From NCBI GenBank assembly GCA_001796335.1, contig MGMF01000001.1:358657-390656 (forward strand): 32,000 nucleotides of DNA. Direction: 5' to 3'. The notes below the pieces were generated by a model. The model was not told the DNA's origin, made no database searches, and saw only the letters and a list, made by a program, of their open reading frames with translations. Position 1 is the stretch's first letter; each line of letters starts with the position of its first letter. The position numbers were made by a program, and so were the translations under genes. The DNA is from Chloroflexi bacterium GWB2_49_20 (lineage in GTDB: Bacteria; Chloroflexota; Anaerolineae; Anaerolineales; Villigracilaceae). Below, in pieces: positions 16,422-26,368 of the stretch.

Positions 16422-17398
16422 CCGCCAATCTGGTTCATGACCCGGTTGCGGGCGATGACCCCATTCGCCAGTCCATGACCCCAGGGCTTGTTCCAAACCG
16501 CATCCAGGATCAGGTTTCTCAACTCAAGTTCACTGGTGCCTGTCCGTAAAGGGGATAACAGGTCAATTTCATGATCCCTTAAAAGACACATTCTAAGAAC
16601 ACCCTCCGCTGTCAGCCGGGCGCGTGTGCAGTTTGAGCAGAACGGTTGGGATACCGAGGAGATAAAGCCAAGATCTCCTTTTGCGCCCGGAATATGGAAA
16701 ACACGCGCCTCTCCATCCAGTTGCCCTGCATTGACAGCTTCCAATGGCCCAAAAGCTGCCTCCACCCGTACCTGGATCTGGGCTGCATTTATGACCTGGC
16801 TTAATTGAAAATCAGTTGCACCCCCAAATGGCATCATTTCTATGAAGCGCACCTGCCAGGGATTGGTAATTGTCAGGCGAGCCAGATCCACCACTTCGTC
16901 TTCGTTATAGCCGCCCACAACGACCGCATTGATCTTGACCGGGGTCAGACCGGCTTCTTCAGCCGCCAATATACCTTCCCAGACATCTTCCATGTCACCC
17001 CAGCGTGTCAGTCTTTTGAAGCGTGCAGGGTTCAGGCTATCCAAACTGATATTAACCCTCTTCAACCCGGCCTTAGCCAGGGGTTTGGCCAGGCGCGGAA
17101 GCAAGACACCGTTGGTAGTCATTGTCACGGTATCGATACCAGGGGTGGCAACAATCCCCCGCACAATTTCAACCAAATTAGCCCGGACGGTTGGCTCTCC
17201 CCCCGTCAAGCGGATCTTGTTAAAACCCAGCCTGGCAAACATTTGCGTAAAAAACAGGATCTCATCATCCTGCATTAATTCAGCATTTGGCCGAAAGGTC
17301 ATATCTTCGGGCATGCAATACAGGCAGCGCAAGTTGCAATGATCCGTCAGACTGATGCGCAGATATTGAATTTTTCTTCCAAAACGATCAAACGCCAT
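16418..17398 (-). CDS. moaA: GTP 3',8-cyclase MoaA (radical SAM)
   Basis: 326 aa; LRISLTDHCNLRCLYCMPE, RLTGGEPTVR, MTTNG, FCSNCTRARLTAEGVLRMCL, terminal RNRVMNQIGG. Confidence 0.95.
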   Translation of the reverse strand: MAFDRFGRKIQYLRISLTDHCNLRCLYCMPEDMTFRPNAELMQDDEILFFTQMFARLGFNKIRLTGGEPTVRANLVEIVRGIVATPGIDTVTMTTNGVLLPRLAKPLAKAGLKRVNISLDSLNPARFKRLTRWGDMEDVWEGILAAEEAGLTPVKINAVVVGGYNEDEVVDLARLTITNPWQVRFIEMMPFGGATDFQLSQVINAAQIQVRVEAAFGPLEAVNAGQLDGEARVFHIPGAKGDLGFISSVSQPFCSNCTRARLTAEGVLRMCLLRDHEIDLLSPLRTGTSELELRNLILDAVWNKPWGHGLANGVIARNRVMNQIGG

Positions 17399-17722
17399 AG
17401 TGCCTCAGTTTTACCGCTAAATACGTACCAGTTCATCATTATATCAACAATAACCTACCCGGCAATTGCACTCCCAAGGTTTTAACTTAGTTTGAAAACC
17501 TTAGGTTCACAAATATGGAATCTCCTTCAGTGATTGTGAAAACGAGAATATCGGGGGTCCAGAGGGCATTTCCGCCTCCCGCCAAACCCCAATATTGTTC
17601 AAGTATATCCAGTTTTCTCAGGCTCAATAAAATTCATAGAACCTATTTGACTAAGTCTGTCAGGCGTGCTATTATCGAGATGAATTTATTGGTTTTTTTT
17701 ATTTGAAAGGAGCAATTATTCT

Positions 17723-18778
17723 ATGAGCGCTGATTTTATCGCCCGCCTTGCCGGGATGGTTTTCTTTGCCGTCCTTGGGGGAGTATATGGCTTCAAGCTT
17801 GGAGAGTTTAGTGAAAACCAGATCATTCTCTACACCAGTACCCTCATTTTAGTCGGGGCATTGGTCGGGCTTGTACTTACGCCTTATTTCACCACCCGCC
17901 CCATGCGATTCATCCGTACCCAGTTGACCCGCCTCTCAGCCGAGGCCTTGTTGGCCAGCCTGGCAGGTTTGATCTCAGGACTACTGATCGCAGCCCTGCT
18001 GGCATTTCCCCTATCCTTGCTTCCCAAGCCCTTCGGTGAGGTGCTGCCTTTCGCAGGCGTGATCATCTTTGTTTATTTTGGTGTGGCATTATTCTCCATG
18101 CGCCAGAATGACATTTCCAATCTTGTTGGGGGACTGGGCTCAAAGCGCGAAGGTGGCGGTGCTTCGGGCTGGCAACAGGTCAACCGCACCATCCTGCTGG
18201 ATACCAGCGTGATCATTGATGGGCGCGTGGCAGATATTGCCAAAACCGGCTTCCTGCCCGGCACATTGTTGATCCCGCGCTTTGTCCTGAATGAACTTCA
18301 GTATATTGCTGACTCATCCGACAGCTTGCGCAGACAGCGCGGGCGGCGCGGGATGGAAGTTCTGGCTGAATTGCAGAAAGGCTCTTCCGTGGCTGTCCGC
18401 ATCAGCGATATTGATGTTGACGGTGTGCGCGAAGTGGATGACAAGCTCGTCATCCTGGCGCGCCAGATGAAATGTCCGATCCTCACCAATGACTACAACC
18501 TCAACCGCATTGCAGAATTGCAGGGTGTCACCATCCTCAATATCAATGAGCTGGCTAATTCCGTCAAATCCGTGGTTCTTCCAGGTGAAGTATTGCTGAT
18601 CAACGTGATCCAGGAGGGCAAGGAATTTGCCCAGGGTGTGGGATATATGGAAGATGGCACCATGGTCGTGGTTGAGAACGGTAACAAATACCTCCACCAG
18701 GAGATCCATGTTTCCGTCACCAAGGTACTACAAACCGCCGCCGGCAGGATGATCTTCGCCAAACCAGAAAGTGGTTGA
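17723..18778 (+). CDS. PIN/TRAM domain membrane protein (YacL-like)
   Basis: 351 aa; N-terminal TM helices, [58 protein letters not shown]-terminal [35 protein letters not shown]. Confidence 0.92.
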   Translation: MSADFIARLAGMVFFAVLGGVYGFKLGEFSENQIILYTSTLILVGALVGLVLTPYFTTRPMRFIRTQLTRLSAEALLASLAGLISGLLIAALLAFPLSLLPKPFGEVLPFAGVIIFVYFGVALFSMRQNDISNLVGGLGSKREGGGASGWQQVNRTILLDTSVIIDGRVADIAKTGFLPGTLLIPRFVLNELQYIADSSDSLRRQRGRRGMEVLAELQKGSSVAVRISDIDVDGVREVDDKLVILARQMKCPILTNDYNLNRIAELQGVTILNINELANSVKSVVLPGEVLLINVIQEGKEFAQGVGYMEDGTMVVVENGNKYLHQEIHVSVTKVLQTAAGRMIFAKPESG

Positions 18779-18792
18779 TCCAGGAGATCAGA

Positions 18793-20193
18793 ATGATCCG
18801 TGTTTACAATACCCTCACACACAAAAAAGAGGAGTTTCAACCGCTTGAACCCGGAGTGGTCAAGTTGTACGTGTGCGGCCCCACTGTCTACAGTGATGCC
18901 CATGTCGGTCATGCCATGTCTGCCCTGGTCTTTGACATCATCCGCCGCTACTTTGAGTATCGAGGCTACCAGGTTGTGCATGTCATGAATTTCACCGACG
19001 TGGATGACAAGATCATCAATCGCGCCAATCAGATGAAAGTCGACCCTTTTGAATTGGCTGAAGGCTACATCCGCGATTTTAAAGAACATCTGGAAGATTT
19101 GAACATTCTACCTGCCACTCTCAACCCGCGTGCCACCCAGACCATGGACAAGATCCAGGCCATGATCCAGGGTTTGATCGACAAGGGTTATGCCTACGCT
19201 GCCTCCAATGGAGACGTATATTTTCGGGTTACCAAGGATGCTGATTACGGCAAGCTTTCCGGCCGCAAACTGGACGATATGCAAGCCGGCTCCCGCATCG
19301 AAGTGGAAGAGCTGAAAGAACACCCCATGGATTTTGCGCTGTGGAAATCCGCCAAACCGGGTGAACCCGCCTGGGACAGTCCCTGGGGGTCGGGGCGTCC
19401 CGGCTGGCACATCGAGTGCTCAGCCATGAATCTGCACGTTCTGGGTGAGCAGATCGACATCCACGGCGGTGGCAACGACCTGATCTTCCCACACCACGAA
19501 AACGAGATCGCCCAATCTGAAAGTTTCACCGGCAAACCTTTTGCGCGCTACTGGCTGCACAATGGCATGCTGCAACTCAGCGGCGAGAAGATGTCCAAAT
19601 CCCTGGGTAACCTCATCACCATTACAGAATTTTTGGAAAAACATGACGGTGACGCCATGCGCATGCTGGTATTGAATGGTAATTACCGCAGCCCGCTTTC
19701 TTTTACCGAAGAGAGCATCTCGGCTGCTGAACAAGGTCTCAACCGACTGCGCACCTCCCTCAAACCCGCCACTACCGGCGTCACAGGTGTTACTGCTGAA
19801 ATGGAAAAATCCCTGGCAGACCTGGCTGAAATCACCCGCAAAACCTTTACCGAATCCATGGACGATGACATCAATACTTCCGGTGCTTTGGGCGGCATTT
19901 TCGAACTGGTGCGCCAGGTCAACACAGCCCGCGATGCTGGCGCCACTGACAAACAGCTCGCGTCTGCCCAAAATGCCCTGCGTGAATTGAGCGCTGTGCT
20001 CGGCCTGCGCATGGAATCCACCCGCACAGGCGGCGACGCCGATAAATTTGTGGACCTGCTGGTCGAACTTCGCACCGAACTACGGTCACAGAAATTTTGG
20101 GCACTCTCCGACCTGCTGCGCGACCGTCTCAAGACCCTCGGAGTCAGCATCGAGGACAGCAAAGCCGGGGGCACAACCTGGAAGTGGGATTAA
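18793..20193 (+). CDS. cysS: Cysteinyl-tRNA synthetase
   Basis: Start at ATG 18793 ([15 protein letters not shown]); [54 protein letters not shown]. Confidence 0.96.
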   Translation: MIRVYNTLTHKKEEFQPLEPGVVKLYVCGPTVYSDAHVGHAMSALVFDIIRRYFEYRGYQVVHVMNFTDVDDKIINRANQMKVDPFELAEGYIRDFKEHLEDLNILPATLNPRATQTMDKIQAMIQGLIDKGYAYAASNGDVYFRVTKDADYGKLSGRKLDDMQAGSRIEVEELKEHPMDFALWKSAKPGEPAWDSPWGSGRPGWHIECSAMNLHVLGEQIDIHGGGNDLIFPHHENEIAQSESFTGKPFARYWLHNGMLQLSGEKMSKSLGNLITITEFLEKHDGDAMRMLVLNGNYRSPLSFTEESISAAEQGLNRLRTSLKPATTGVTGVTAEMEKSLADLAEITRKTFTESMDDDINTSGALGGIFELVRQVNTARDAGATDKQLASAQNALRELSAVLGLRMESTRTGGDADKFVDLLVELRTELRSQKFWALSDLLRDRLKTLGVSIEDSKAGGTTWKWD

Positions 20194-20416
20194 CCTCCCC
20201 ATTCATCCAAATTCTATAAATTTCCGGATGGGCGATTCATAGATTGGTGGAATCAATGCGTCAAATACTGTTTGAGATTGAAGTTGTTTATTAACAAATC
20301 GGCCCCTTTTGAACCACTCTAACTTATTAAAATCCAATCTGTCAGATATCTTATTTAACACTCTTATTCTTGCAATTCCATTAGTTACTCAGTCATCGTT
20401 AGTTCACTAATGCCTT

Positions 20417-21226
20417 TCAAAACAAAGTCTTTGTTACCCTCATTACACCAGCAATTAAATCATCAACATGTTCCAATGTTGGCTCTATTTTCTTGTTGTG
20501 GTCGCATAAGTTACGGATATCTGCTAGATGTTGAATTTGACGCCACTGCGGGATATCAACGACGCTCGAATCCTTTAACTTATCATTCAAATCACCAATA
20601 CCAGGTCCTTTTTTTGTAATCTTTATTCTATGGTTGTCGCACACTTGTGCGAGGTGTCGCTCGAGAACTACACCCGCGAGGGCGCCTGCTGCACGTGTGA
20701 ACTTGTTCTTGCCCAACTCTCTCGCTGCGTCTAGTTCTGAATCGAATAGGTCCCCTTGTACAAGTTGGCGGATATCAAAGAGAGAACTCTCGAACCTTGA
20801 TTTCACTGATTGCAATATCGCTTGTTGCTGTATGAAAAGTGGTATTGCAGCGTCAGGTCCCACAACCTTTTCATTGTTTCGTTGGCGAGTGACTGTTACC
20901 CCTTGAAGGTTATCCTCAATACTATAATTCTCATACGTAATGTCCTTGCGTGTTTTAGGCTTCTCGTAAAGGCGGACAAAATCCGAAAGTCTTTCTGGTA
21001 GCAATTGTTTGATTAGCATTTTTGCTTCGGAGTACCAGGACTGATATTTTTTTTTGAAGGAAGGAATGTCTTTTATGAAATCTTCCGCCATATCGCCGAG
21101 TTCTTTCTTAACTTCCCGTTTAAATTCACCAGGAACACACTCTAAATTCAAAGCATTCTCCAACTGCCTCCCTTCTGCGATTAAAGCGTCAAGATCTTTC
21201 TTATATCGGTCTAAATTCGATAACAT
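20417..21226 (-). CDS. HEPN-domain-like protein
   Basis: Start at ATG 21226 (MLSNLDRYKKDLDALI); C-terminal LAD IRNLCDHNKKIEPT contains R-N-x3-H compatible with the HEPN Rx4-6H motif; helical, alpha-rich. Confidence 0.75.
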   Translation of the reverse strand: MLSNLDRYKKDLDALIAEGRQLENALNLECVPGEFKREVKKELGDMAEDFIKDIPSFKKKYQSWYSEAKMLIKQLLPERLSDFVRLYEKPKTRKDITYENYSIEDNLQGVTVTRQRNNEKVVGPDAAIPLFIQQQAILQSVKSRFESSLFDIRQLVQGDLFDSELDAARELGKNKFTRAAGALAGVVLERHLAQVCDNHRIKITKKGPGIGDLNDKLKDSSVVDIPQWRQIQHLADIRNLCDHNKKIEPTLEHVDDLIAGVMRVTKTLF

Positions 21227-21354
21227 ATTTGCTCCTTTTTTCTCCCTAAGCACAATTAAAGACTGTTGAATCTAGTCTGTCAGATTCCTTATCGTATTGA
21301 TATACATATTCTTAGAATCTCTTAATTTGACGGCTTAGACATTCGGGTAACTTG

Positions 21355-22245
21355 TCATCTTTGATTTGATTGTTCGGAAATTACTTTCTCTAACCGTTCC
21401 TTCACCCTTCTTTTTTTCTGATCGTCTCTATTCTTTACGCGTTTTATAACCAATTCCACTGTTTCGATTATGGAATCAACCGATTCTACAGCAGCTAACC
21501 CAGAGTTTTCTTCAAAAATTATCCGTGCTTGTTGTGTTTGCTGGCTTATAGCTATATCCTTGTAAGGTACGTATGATTTAACCATTCCAATTAAGTTAGC
21601 ATTACCTATATTACTTGTCCCTTGTATTGCCACCGATGCAGGGCAAAGGATAACAGGATTCCCAGAATTACCTGGGAATACAGGTGCATCAATTAGAAAT
21701 TCATTTGTTCGATTTTCAAGGAAATCTCGAACTCTCGCTAAACATCCTGCTCGGCATATAACATATTGTCGTTCTTTTGCAACAAGTCCAATTGGGAAAC
21801 CGAGCACGAAGATAGGATCCCCTTCTGTTATTCCGTTAGCGATCATCTTCTCTTTATTCAAAATATGTTCATCGGATCGAAAGTATTCAAAAATACTTCC
21901 TTCAGCTTTTAGAAACGCTGGATTTAATAACATTGCTGCAACATCAACAGTAATTGATGGATGACCAATCCAAATTGGTCGTCCATTTCTTGAAATAAGT
22001 GGAATCTTGTAGTCTTTGCTTTTTGGGTCTTGGGCAGAATTGAACTTGATATAAGCCACTTTGAGATTAATAAGCACATGTTTATTTGTGATGAGTAAAA
22101 TTTGATAACGCTTTTTATTATCTGGTAATTCATCTAAAAATCTGCCTAATAGAAATCCCGTACCAATCCAATGCCTCTCGTTAGGGTCATCGCCAACACC
22201 GATTGCGACAACTGTATTCAAAAAAAAGGGGGGGATAAGTGCCAT
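21355..22245 (-). CDS. Trypsin-like serine peptidase family protein
   Basis: Start at ATG 22245 preceded by gaaggagaaatc; IGTGFLLGRF...LLITNKHVL (His), VAAMLL (Asp region), DAPVFPGNSGNPVIL (catalytic Ser GNSG). Confidence 0.8.
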   Translation of the reverse strand: MALIPPFFLNTVVAIGVGDDPNERHWIGTGFLLGRFLDELPDNKKRYQILLITNKHVLINLKVAYIKFNSAQDPKSKDYKIPLISRNGRPIWIGHPSITVDVAAMLLNPAFLKAEGSIFEYFRSDEHILNKEKMIANGITEGDPIFVLGFPIGLVAKERQYVICRAGCLARVRDFLENRTNEFLIDAPVFPGNSGNPVILCPASVAIQGTSNIGNANLIGMVKSYVPYKDIAISQQTQQARIIFEENSGLAAVESVDSIIETVELVIKRVKNRDDQKKRRVKERLEKVISEQSNQR

Positions 22246-22356
22246 GATTTCTCCTTCTTGAACTGTTTTCCTCAGTAGACATTGAAGTGACAATTCCAAA
22301 TTTTTACAATCATCTTTGAAAAGTGGTCGCTTCTTTATAGTTCTCAATAAATATTC

Positions 22357-22677
22357 TTATATTTTCATGAACCATTCAAGATTTCCCCAAACATTATCCT
22401 GCAAAAAAACTTTAAAATGAGTTTTGATACCTGGAAGTTCACTGGTTGAAATTGAAATAAATACTTCCCCGGAAAGATCGTCATCCAATCTCAACAGATG
22501 TGTTTTGTTGTCTAATTCTGGTTTATATCCATCTACTGTCAAGAACACTTCGAACTTTTTACGGTTATCGGAGTTTTGCGCATCAATCAAAGTTATAGTC
22601 ACCGAGCAATTTGATAATAGCAATTTACTGCTTTTATCTAATAGTTTTCCCTGGACTTTCTTAGTTGTTCGTCTCAT
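22357..22677 (-). CDS. Small hypothetical protein translationally coupled to the upstream methyltransferase
   Basis: ATG at 22677-22675 overlaps the methyltransferase stop at 22676-22674 as ATGA; 106 aa, beta-rich. Confidence 0.7.
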   Translation of the reverse strand: MRRTTKKVQGKLLDKSSKLLLSNCSVTITLIDAQNSDNRKKFEVFLTVDGYKPELDNKTHLLRLDDDLSGEVFISISTSELPGIKTHFKVFLQDNVWGNLEWFMKI

Positions 22678-25600
22678 TTCACCTCTCTCATTTCTTTTAC
22701 GATCTTCATCGTTTCCACACTGACTGCGCACACTCGACACAGCAGATCAATGACCTGTTCTTTGTAATCTTTGAACCTGTAAGTATTGAACTTCTCCGCA
22801 ATGGTGGGGGCTTTGGGTTTCTTTTCTTTGTAGCGCTCCAGAACCCATTCCAATGCCGAATACGTGCCTAAACGATATTCCCAGGCTTCGGCAGGTACAC
22901 CTTTCAACGTTGTGAACGTATCCACTTCGATAATGCCCGCATCCTTGCGCGCCATCAAGCGCGGGCTTAAGGCTTTGCGGGTTTCTTCAGCATTTAGATC
23001 CAGGCGTTCAAGTGGGTAGGCTGGCATGCTCTCGTAGTTGAGATGCAGATTCATCAGGCGCTTGCCCCGATCCGCCCATTTCCAGAAGTCCCCATAGAAC
23101 GGGATGCGCGGGAACTCGCGCTTGAGATTGATTTCATACTTGGCACGGTAGGCAGGATGGTGCAGGACGGCATACACGTAATGAAAAATATCTTCTTTCA
23201 CGATTTTCGCGTCTTTGTAGTGCTTCTGAAATTGGTTGAGCGCCCAATCGGTGATGTTCTCCACCCGTGAGACTTCCGAAGTCTCGGAGACTTCGGAAGT
23301 CTTCGACGCGCCTCTGTAACGGTAGAGCGGGAGACATTGAGAATCACCATTGAAATGTAAATCAGGAACAGCATTGACAGATAGAACATTGAATTGTCTG
23401 CCATTCATGTTGATACAAATCGCAAGGTTATCAGGCTTTTCTCCGATTTTGAAGAAGATAGGCTGTAGGTATGGACGATGGACAATCACCATATCATAAT
23501 AAAAAAAGCGTTTGACAAATGGGCGATACATTGCCGTAGTGATTTTCTTATTGCTGAATTCAAGATTTGTGCCCCGAATTAAATGCGCTTCAAGTTCACT
23601 TGTCCATTTGATAGAACGATCAACAAAATCATTAGTAGCTTTCCTCTTATCCGATAGAGCCCATCTATTCTTTTCATATTTGAATAAGTCAATAAAGTAT
23701 TTGATTTTGTTTTCCAAAAGATCAGGGCGTTCGTCATAAACCCATTCATCGCGATTTGTAGCCACACCTAAAGAATACATCTTGAAAATCGTTTTGGGTT
23801 CTTTCAACCCTTTTTTAGATTTGCCTTCTTTACTTGCAAGCGGAATATATTCTTCCCAATCATTTTCAGATAGGTTTATCCAGTTATTATTTTTATCAGG
23901 TCGAATCGGTTGGAACTTCAAATCAGTGAACTTGTTATCACGCAAATACGCTTTTTTCTCTTCGGCTTCAGCATAATCAGCAATCGCATTGTAGTAAATG
24001 CGACAACCTTTCAAACCTTTTTTGCGAACAAAGAAATATACAGCTACACCAACACGAATTTGGTCACTGAAAACATTCCCGCCCTCTTTACGTCTTTGCT
24101 CCCCGCTAATACGGGCATCTCCTTTCAAGTCAATGATGTGAATCTCATTGAATTCATTTGCCACAATTTTACGGAAACCATCATAACTGCGAGCATTAAG
24201 AAATGAATTATTTGAAACAAACGCAATCACACCGTCTTTATCTAAACGGTCACTCGCCCAGCGCAAAAAACGAGCATACATATCATAAAGTTTTGTTTTC
24301 TGCGCCGTGCTTTGCTTTACATATGTTTCTTTGATTCGTTTATCAATTTCAGGATATTCACGGTTCTTGTTATTCTCGTTCTCATTCAATTGATTGGCGT
24401 TATAGGGTGGGTTGCCAATCACAACCATAATTGGCTTGCTATTCTGCTTGACGATTCTTTCCGCATTTGCATCTGTCAAACCGAAAAAATTCAACTGCTT
24501 GCCACTATGCTCGAAACCCATATTATCCAGTGTATCCACAAAACAGATATTCTCGAACTCTTTGAACTTGCCCGTCTTTTGCTTGTAGGTATATTCAATG
24601 TTCAGGTTGGCGATGTAATACGGCAATATGGATACTTCGTTGCAGTGGATTTCATGCTCGTACTTGTATTCCAACTGCTGGGATGGCAGATATTCGATCA
24701 GTTCGGTAATAAAAGTGCCTGTGCCTGTCGCCGGGTCTAAAATTTCCACGCCCTTATCACCCAGCGTTTTTCCGAAATGCTTGTCCACCAAATGATCGGC
24801 GCTCTCGATCATAAAGCGCACGATCTCATCCGGTGTGTATACGATCCCCAGCCTGTCGGCTGCCTTCGGGTTATACGCTTTGTAAAAACTCTCGTACAAG
24901 GCCTTCAAGAATTTCTGCTTCTCGTGATGGTCGCTTATCTGTGACGCTTTTGCATTGATGGTCTCGTAATAGGGTGCCACCCTGGCATGGATGTTGCGTT
25001 TGGTCTCGCCGTGATAGAACGTCCCTGCCACTTCCTGCAATTTGCGCGCAATGATGTTCTCGCGGTGGAACTCGGCTTCGTCAAAGACGCGCATGAAAAT
25101 ATCTTCGGTCAGCACGTGCTGGATGATCATCTCGCGCACGTCTGCCAATTCGATATTGGGATTAATAGCCTTGCGTGCCAGCTCCAGGAACTCAGTTAAG
25201 GCAGTTTTGAATTGCAGGTTGTCAGCCAGCTGTTCTGTGATCACCCTTCGCAGGGTGTCTGCCAGACCGCCTACTTCGGCGCAGAATAATTCAATCGCCT
25301 TGCGGAATTCAACGACTTCGGCGGGTTGGTAACTGACAAAACGGGTCAGCAGGGCATCCAGGGCAGGCGCATTATTAAACGCGGTGCGCATGATTTCTTC
25401 GCCGCCCTGGTACAACACGGCCGTATGGGTATCTTCAAAAAGGATATTGAATGTTGGGTATCCCTTCGCGATCTTGGTGGCGATCTCGTCTTCTAAAAAA
25501 TCCTTCTCATCCTTGCTTTCCCAATACCCCCAATTCTGCCGCAACGCATCTTTAAAGACTCCATCCGGACGGATCCGGTTTCCCTTGCGGGATACCATTT

Positions 25601-25754
25601 CCACTTCTGACACCAATAATAAATTCTTGGAGCGTGCATATTGTTCTAGAAGATCTTGAAATGGCTTGCGCAAACTACTCTCATTACGCGAGCCGCTGTA
25701 GTGGATGATTTTTTCAACAGCAGTATAGTATTGTTGGATAAGCTGAATCGACAT
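22674..25754 (-). CDS. Type IIG / type-ISP-like restriction-modification protein (PD-(D/E)XK-like N-terminus + N6-adenine methyltransferase + target recognition region)
   Basis: Start at ATG 25754 with gggagaagtgaat upstream; ~1026 aa; IRPDGVFKDALRQNWGYWESKDEKD (nuclease-like PD...ExK), EILDPATGTGTFI, VIGNPPYNANQ, TRD-like C-terminus; no helicase motifs seen. Confidence 0.88.
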   Translation of the reverse strand: MSIQLIQQYYTAVEKIIHYSGSRNESSLRKPFQDLLEQYARSKNLLLVSEVEMVSRKGNRIRPDGVFKDALRQNWGYWESKDEKDFLEDEIATKIAKGYPTFNILFEDTHTAVLYQGGEEIMRTAFNNAPALDALLTRFVSYQPAEVVEFRKAIELFCAEVGGLADTLRRVITEQLADNLQFKTALTEFLELARKAINPNIELADVREMIIQHVLTEDIFMRVFDEAEFHRENIIARKLQEVAGTFYHGETKRNIHARVAPYYETINAKASQISDHHEKQKFLKALYESFYKAYNPKAADRLGIVYTPDEIVRFMIESADHLVDKHFGKTLGDKGVEILDPATGTGTFITELIEYLPSQQLEYKYEHEIHCNEVSILPYYIANLNIEYTYKQKTGKFKEFENICFVDTLDNMGFEHSGKQLNFFGLTDANAERIVKQNSKPIMVVIGNPPYNANQLNENENNKNREYPEIDKRIKETYVKQSTAQKTKLYDMYARFLRWASDRLDKDGVIAFVSNNSFLNARSYDGFRKIVANEFNEIHIIDLKGDARISGEQRRKEGGNVFSDQIRVGVAVYFFVRKKGLKGCRIYYNAIADYAEAEEKKAYLRDNKFTDLKFQPIRPDKNNNWINLSENDWEEYIPLASKEGKSKKGLKEPKTIFKMYSLGVATNRDEWVYDERPDLLENKIKYFIDLFKYEKNRWALSDKRKATNDFVDRSIKWTSELEAHLIRGTNLEFSNKKITTAMYRPFVKRFFYYDMVIVHRPYLQPIFFKIGEKPDNLAICINMNGRQFNVLSVNAVPDLHFNGDSQCLPLYRYRGASKTSEVSETSEVSRVENITDWALNQFQKHYKDAKIVKEDIFHYVYAVLHHPAYRAKYEINLKREFPRIPFYGDFWKWADRGKRLMNLHLNYESMPAYPLERLDLNAEETRKALSPRLMARKDAGIIEVDTFTTLKGVPAEAWEYRLGTYSALEWVLERYKEKKPKAPTIAEKFNTYRFKDYKEQVIDLLCRVCAVSVETMKIVKEMREVK

Positions 25755-25819
25755 ATTCACTTCTCCCTGATGGTTAAAAACATTATAGCAAACAATTGGC
25801 GAACAGAGGTGTGAAACAG

Positions 25820-26104
25820 ATGAAAGAAACCGAACTATTAGTCGCATTAATACCATCCCATCCCAACTTAACTCCGATAATTCAAAATCTCAGGGGAAAA
25901 TATAACCTTCCAGAAATCAGCCCAGATGATGAACCAATTTCAGAAATATTTTCTGAAGATGCTGTTATTTCTTTGGAAGAATTTCGCCAAGAAATCGTAA
26001 ACCTAATTCGAGAAAGCTTAACTTTCCTGCCACTCAATGCTATTAAAATATATAAATCGTCAAAATCTATTTATGAAATTGCCTGCATTGGACATGAATT
26101 ATAA
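25820..26104 (+). CDS. Small hypothetical protein divergent from the restriction-modification gene
   Basis: 94 aa from ATG 25820 (MKETELLVALIPSHPNLTPIIQNLRGKYNLPEISPDDEPISEIF...); divergently adjacent at 66 nt. Confidence 0.5.
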   Translation: MKETELLVALIPSHPNLTPIIQNLRGKYNLPEISPDDEPISEIFSEDAVISLEEFRQEIVNLIRESLTFLPLNAIKIYKSSKSIYEIACIGHEL

Positions 26105-26368
26105 TGTGACCCATTCCCCCTTTAATTAACAGGACTTATATGACAGCCTCTCCAATCATCCAGGTCGACCACTTCTCCAATCAATGCAAAGTCCTGGGGT
26201 CTCAGCTTGGTTTATAATCAAGAATATAATGCAAGGTTGGGTTGACCAAAGGTCCCCGTTGGGTGTACCCGTAAGCGGCAATCCTTTTACAGGTGACATT
26301 CTCCCCGTAGCAGTCGGACTGCCGCACTTCGCTCGCAGTGACAGATCAATGAAAATTAAGCGGAGAAC

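Noticed and set aside
19420-19971. 183-aa ORF antisense to cysS
   Set aside because: Antisense shadow ORF inside a well-supported cysS; no protein-like motifs.
22674-25754. Canonical full-length type ISP or type III restriction enzyme
   Set aside because: About 1026 aa with no helicase motifs seen by eye, and no separate Res subunit nearby.
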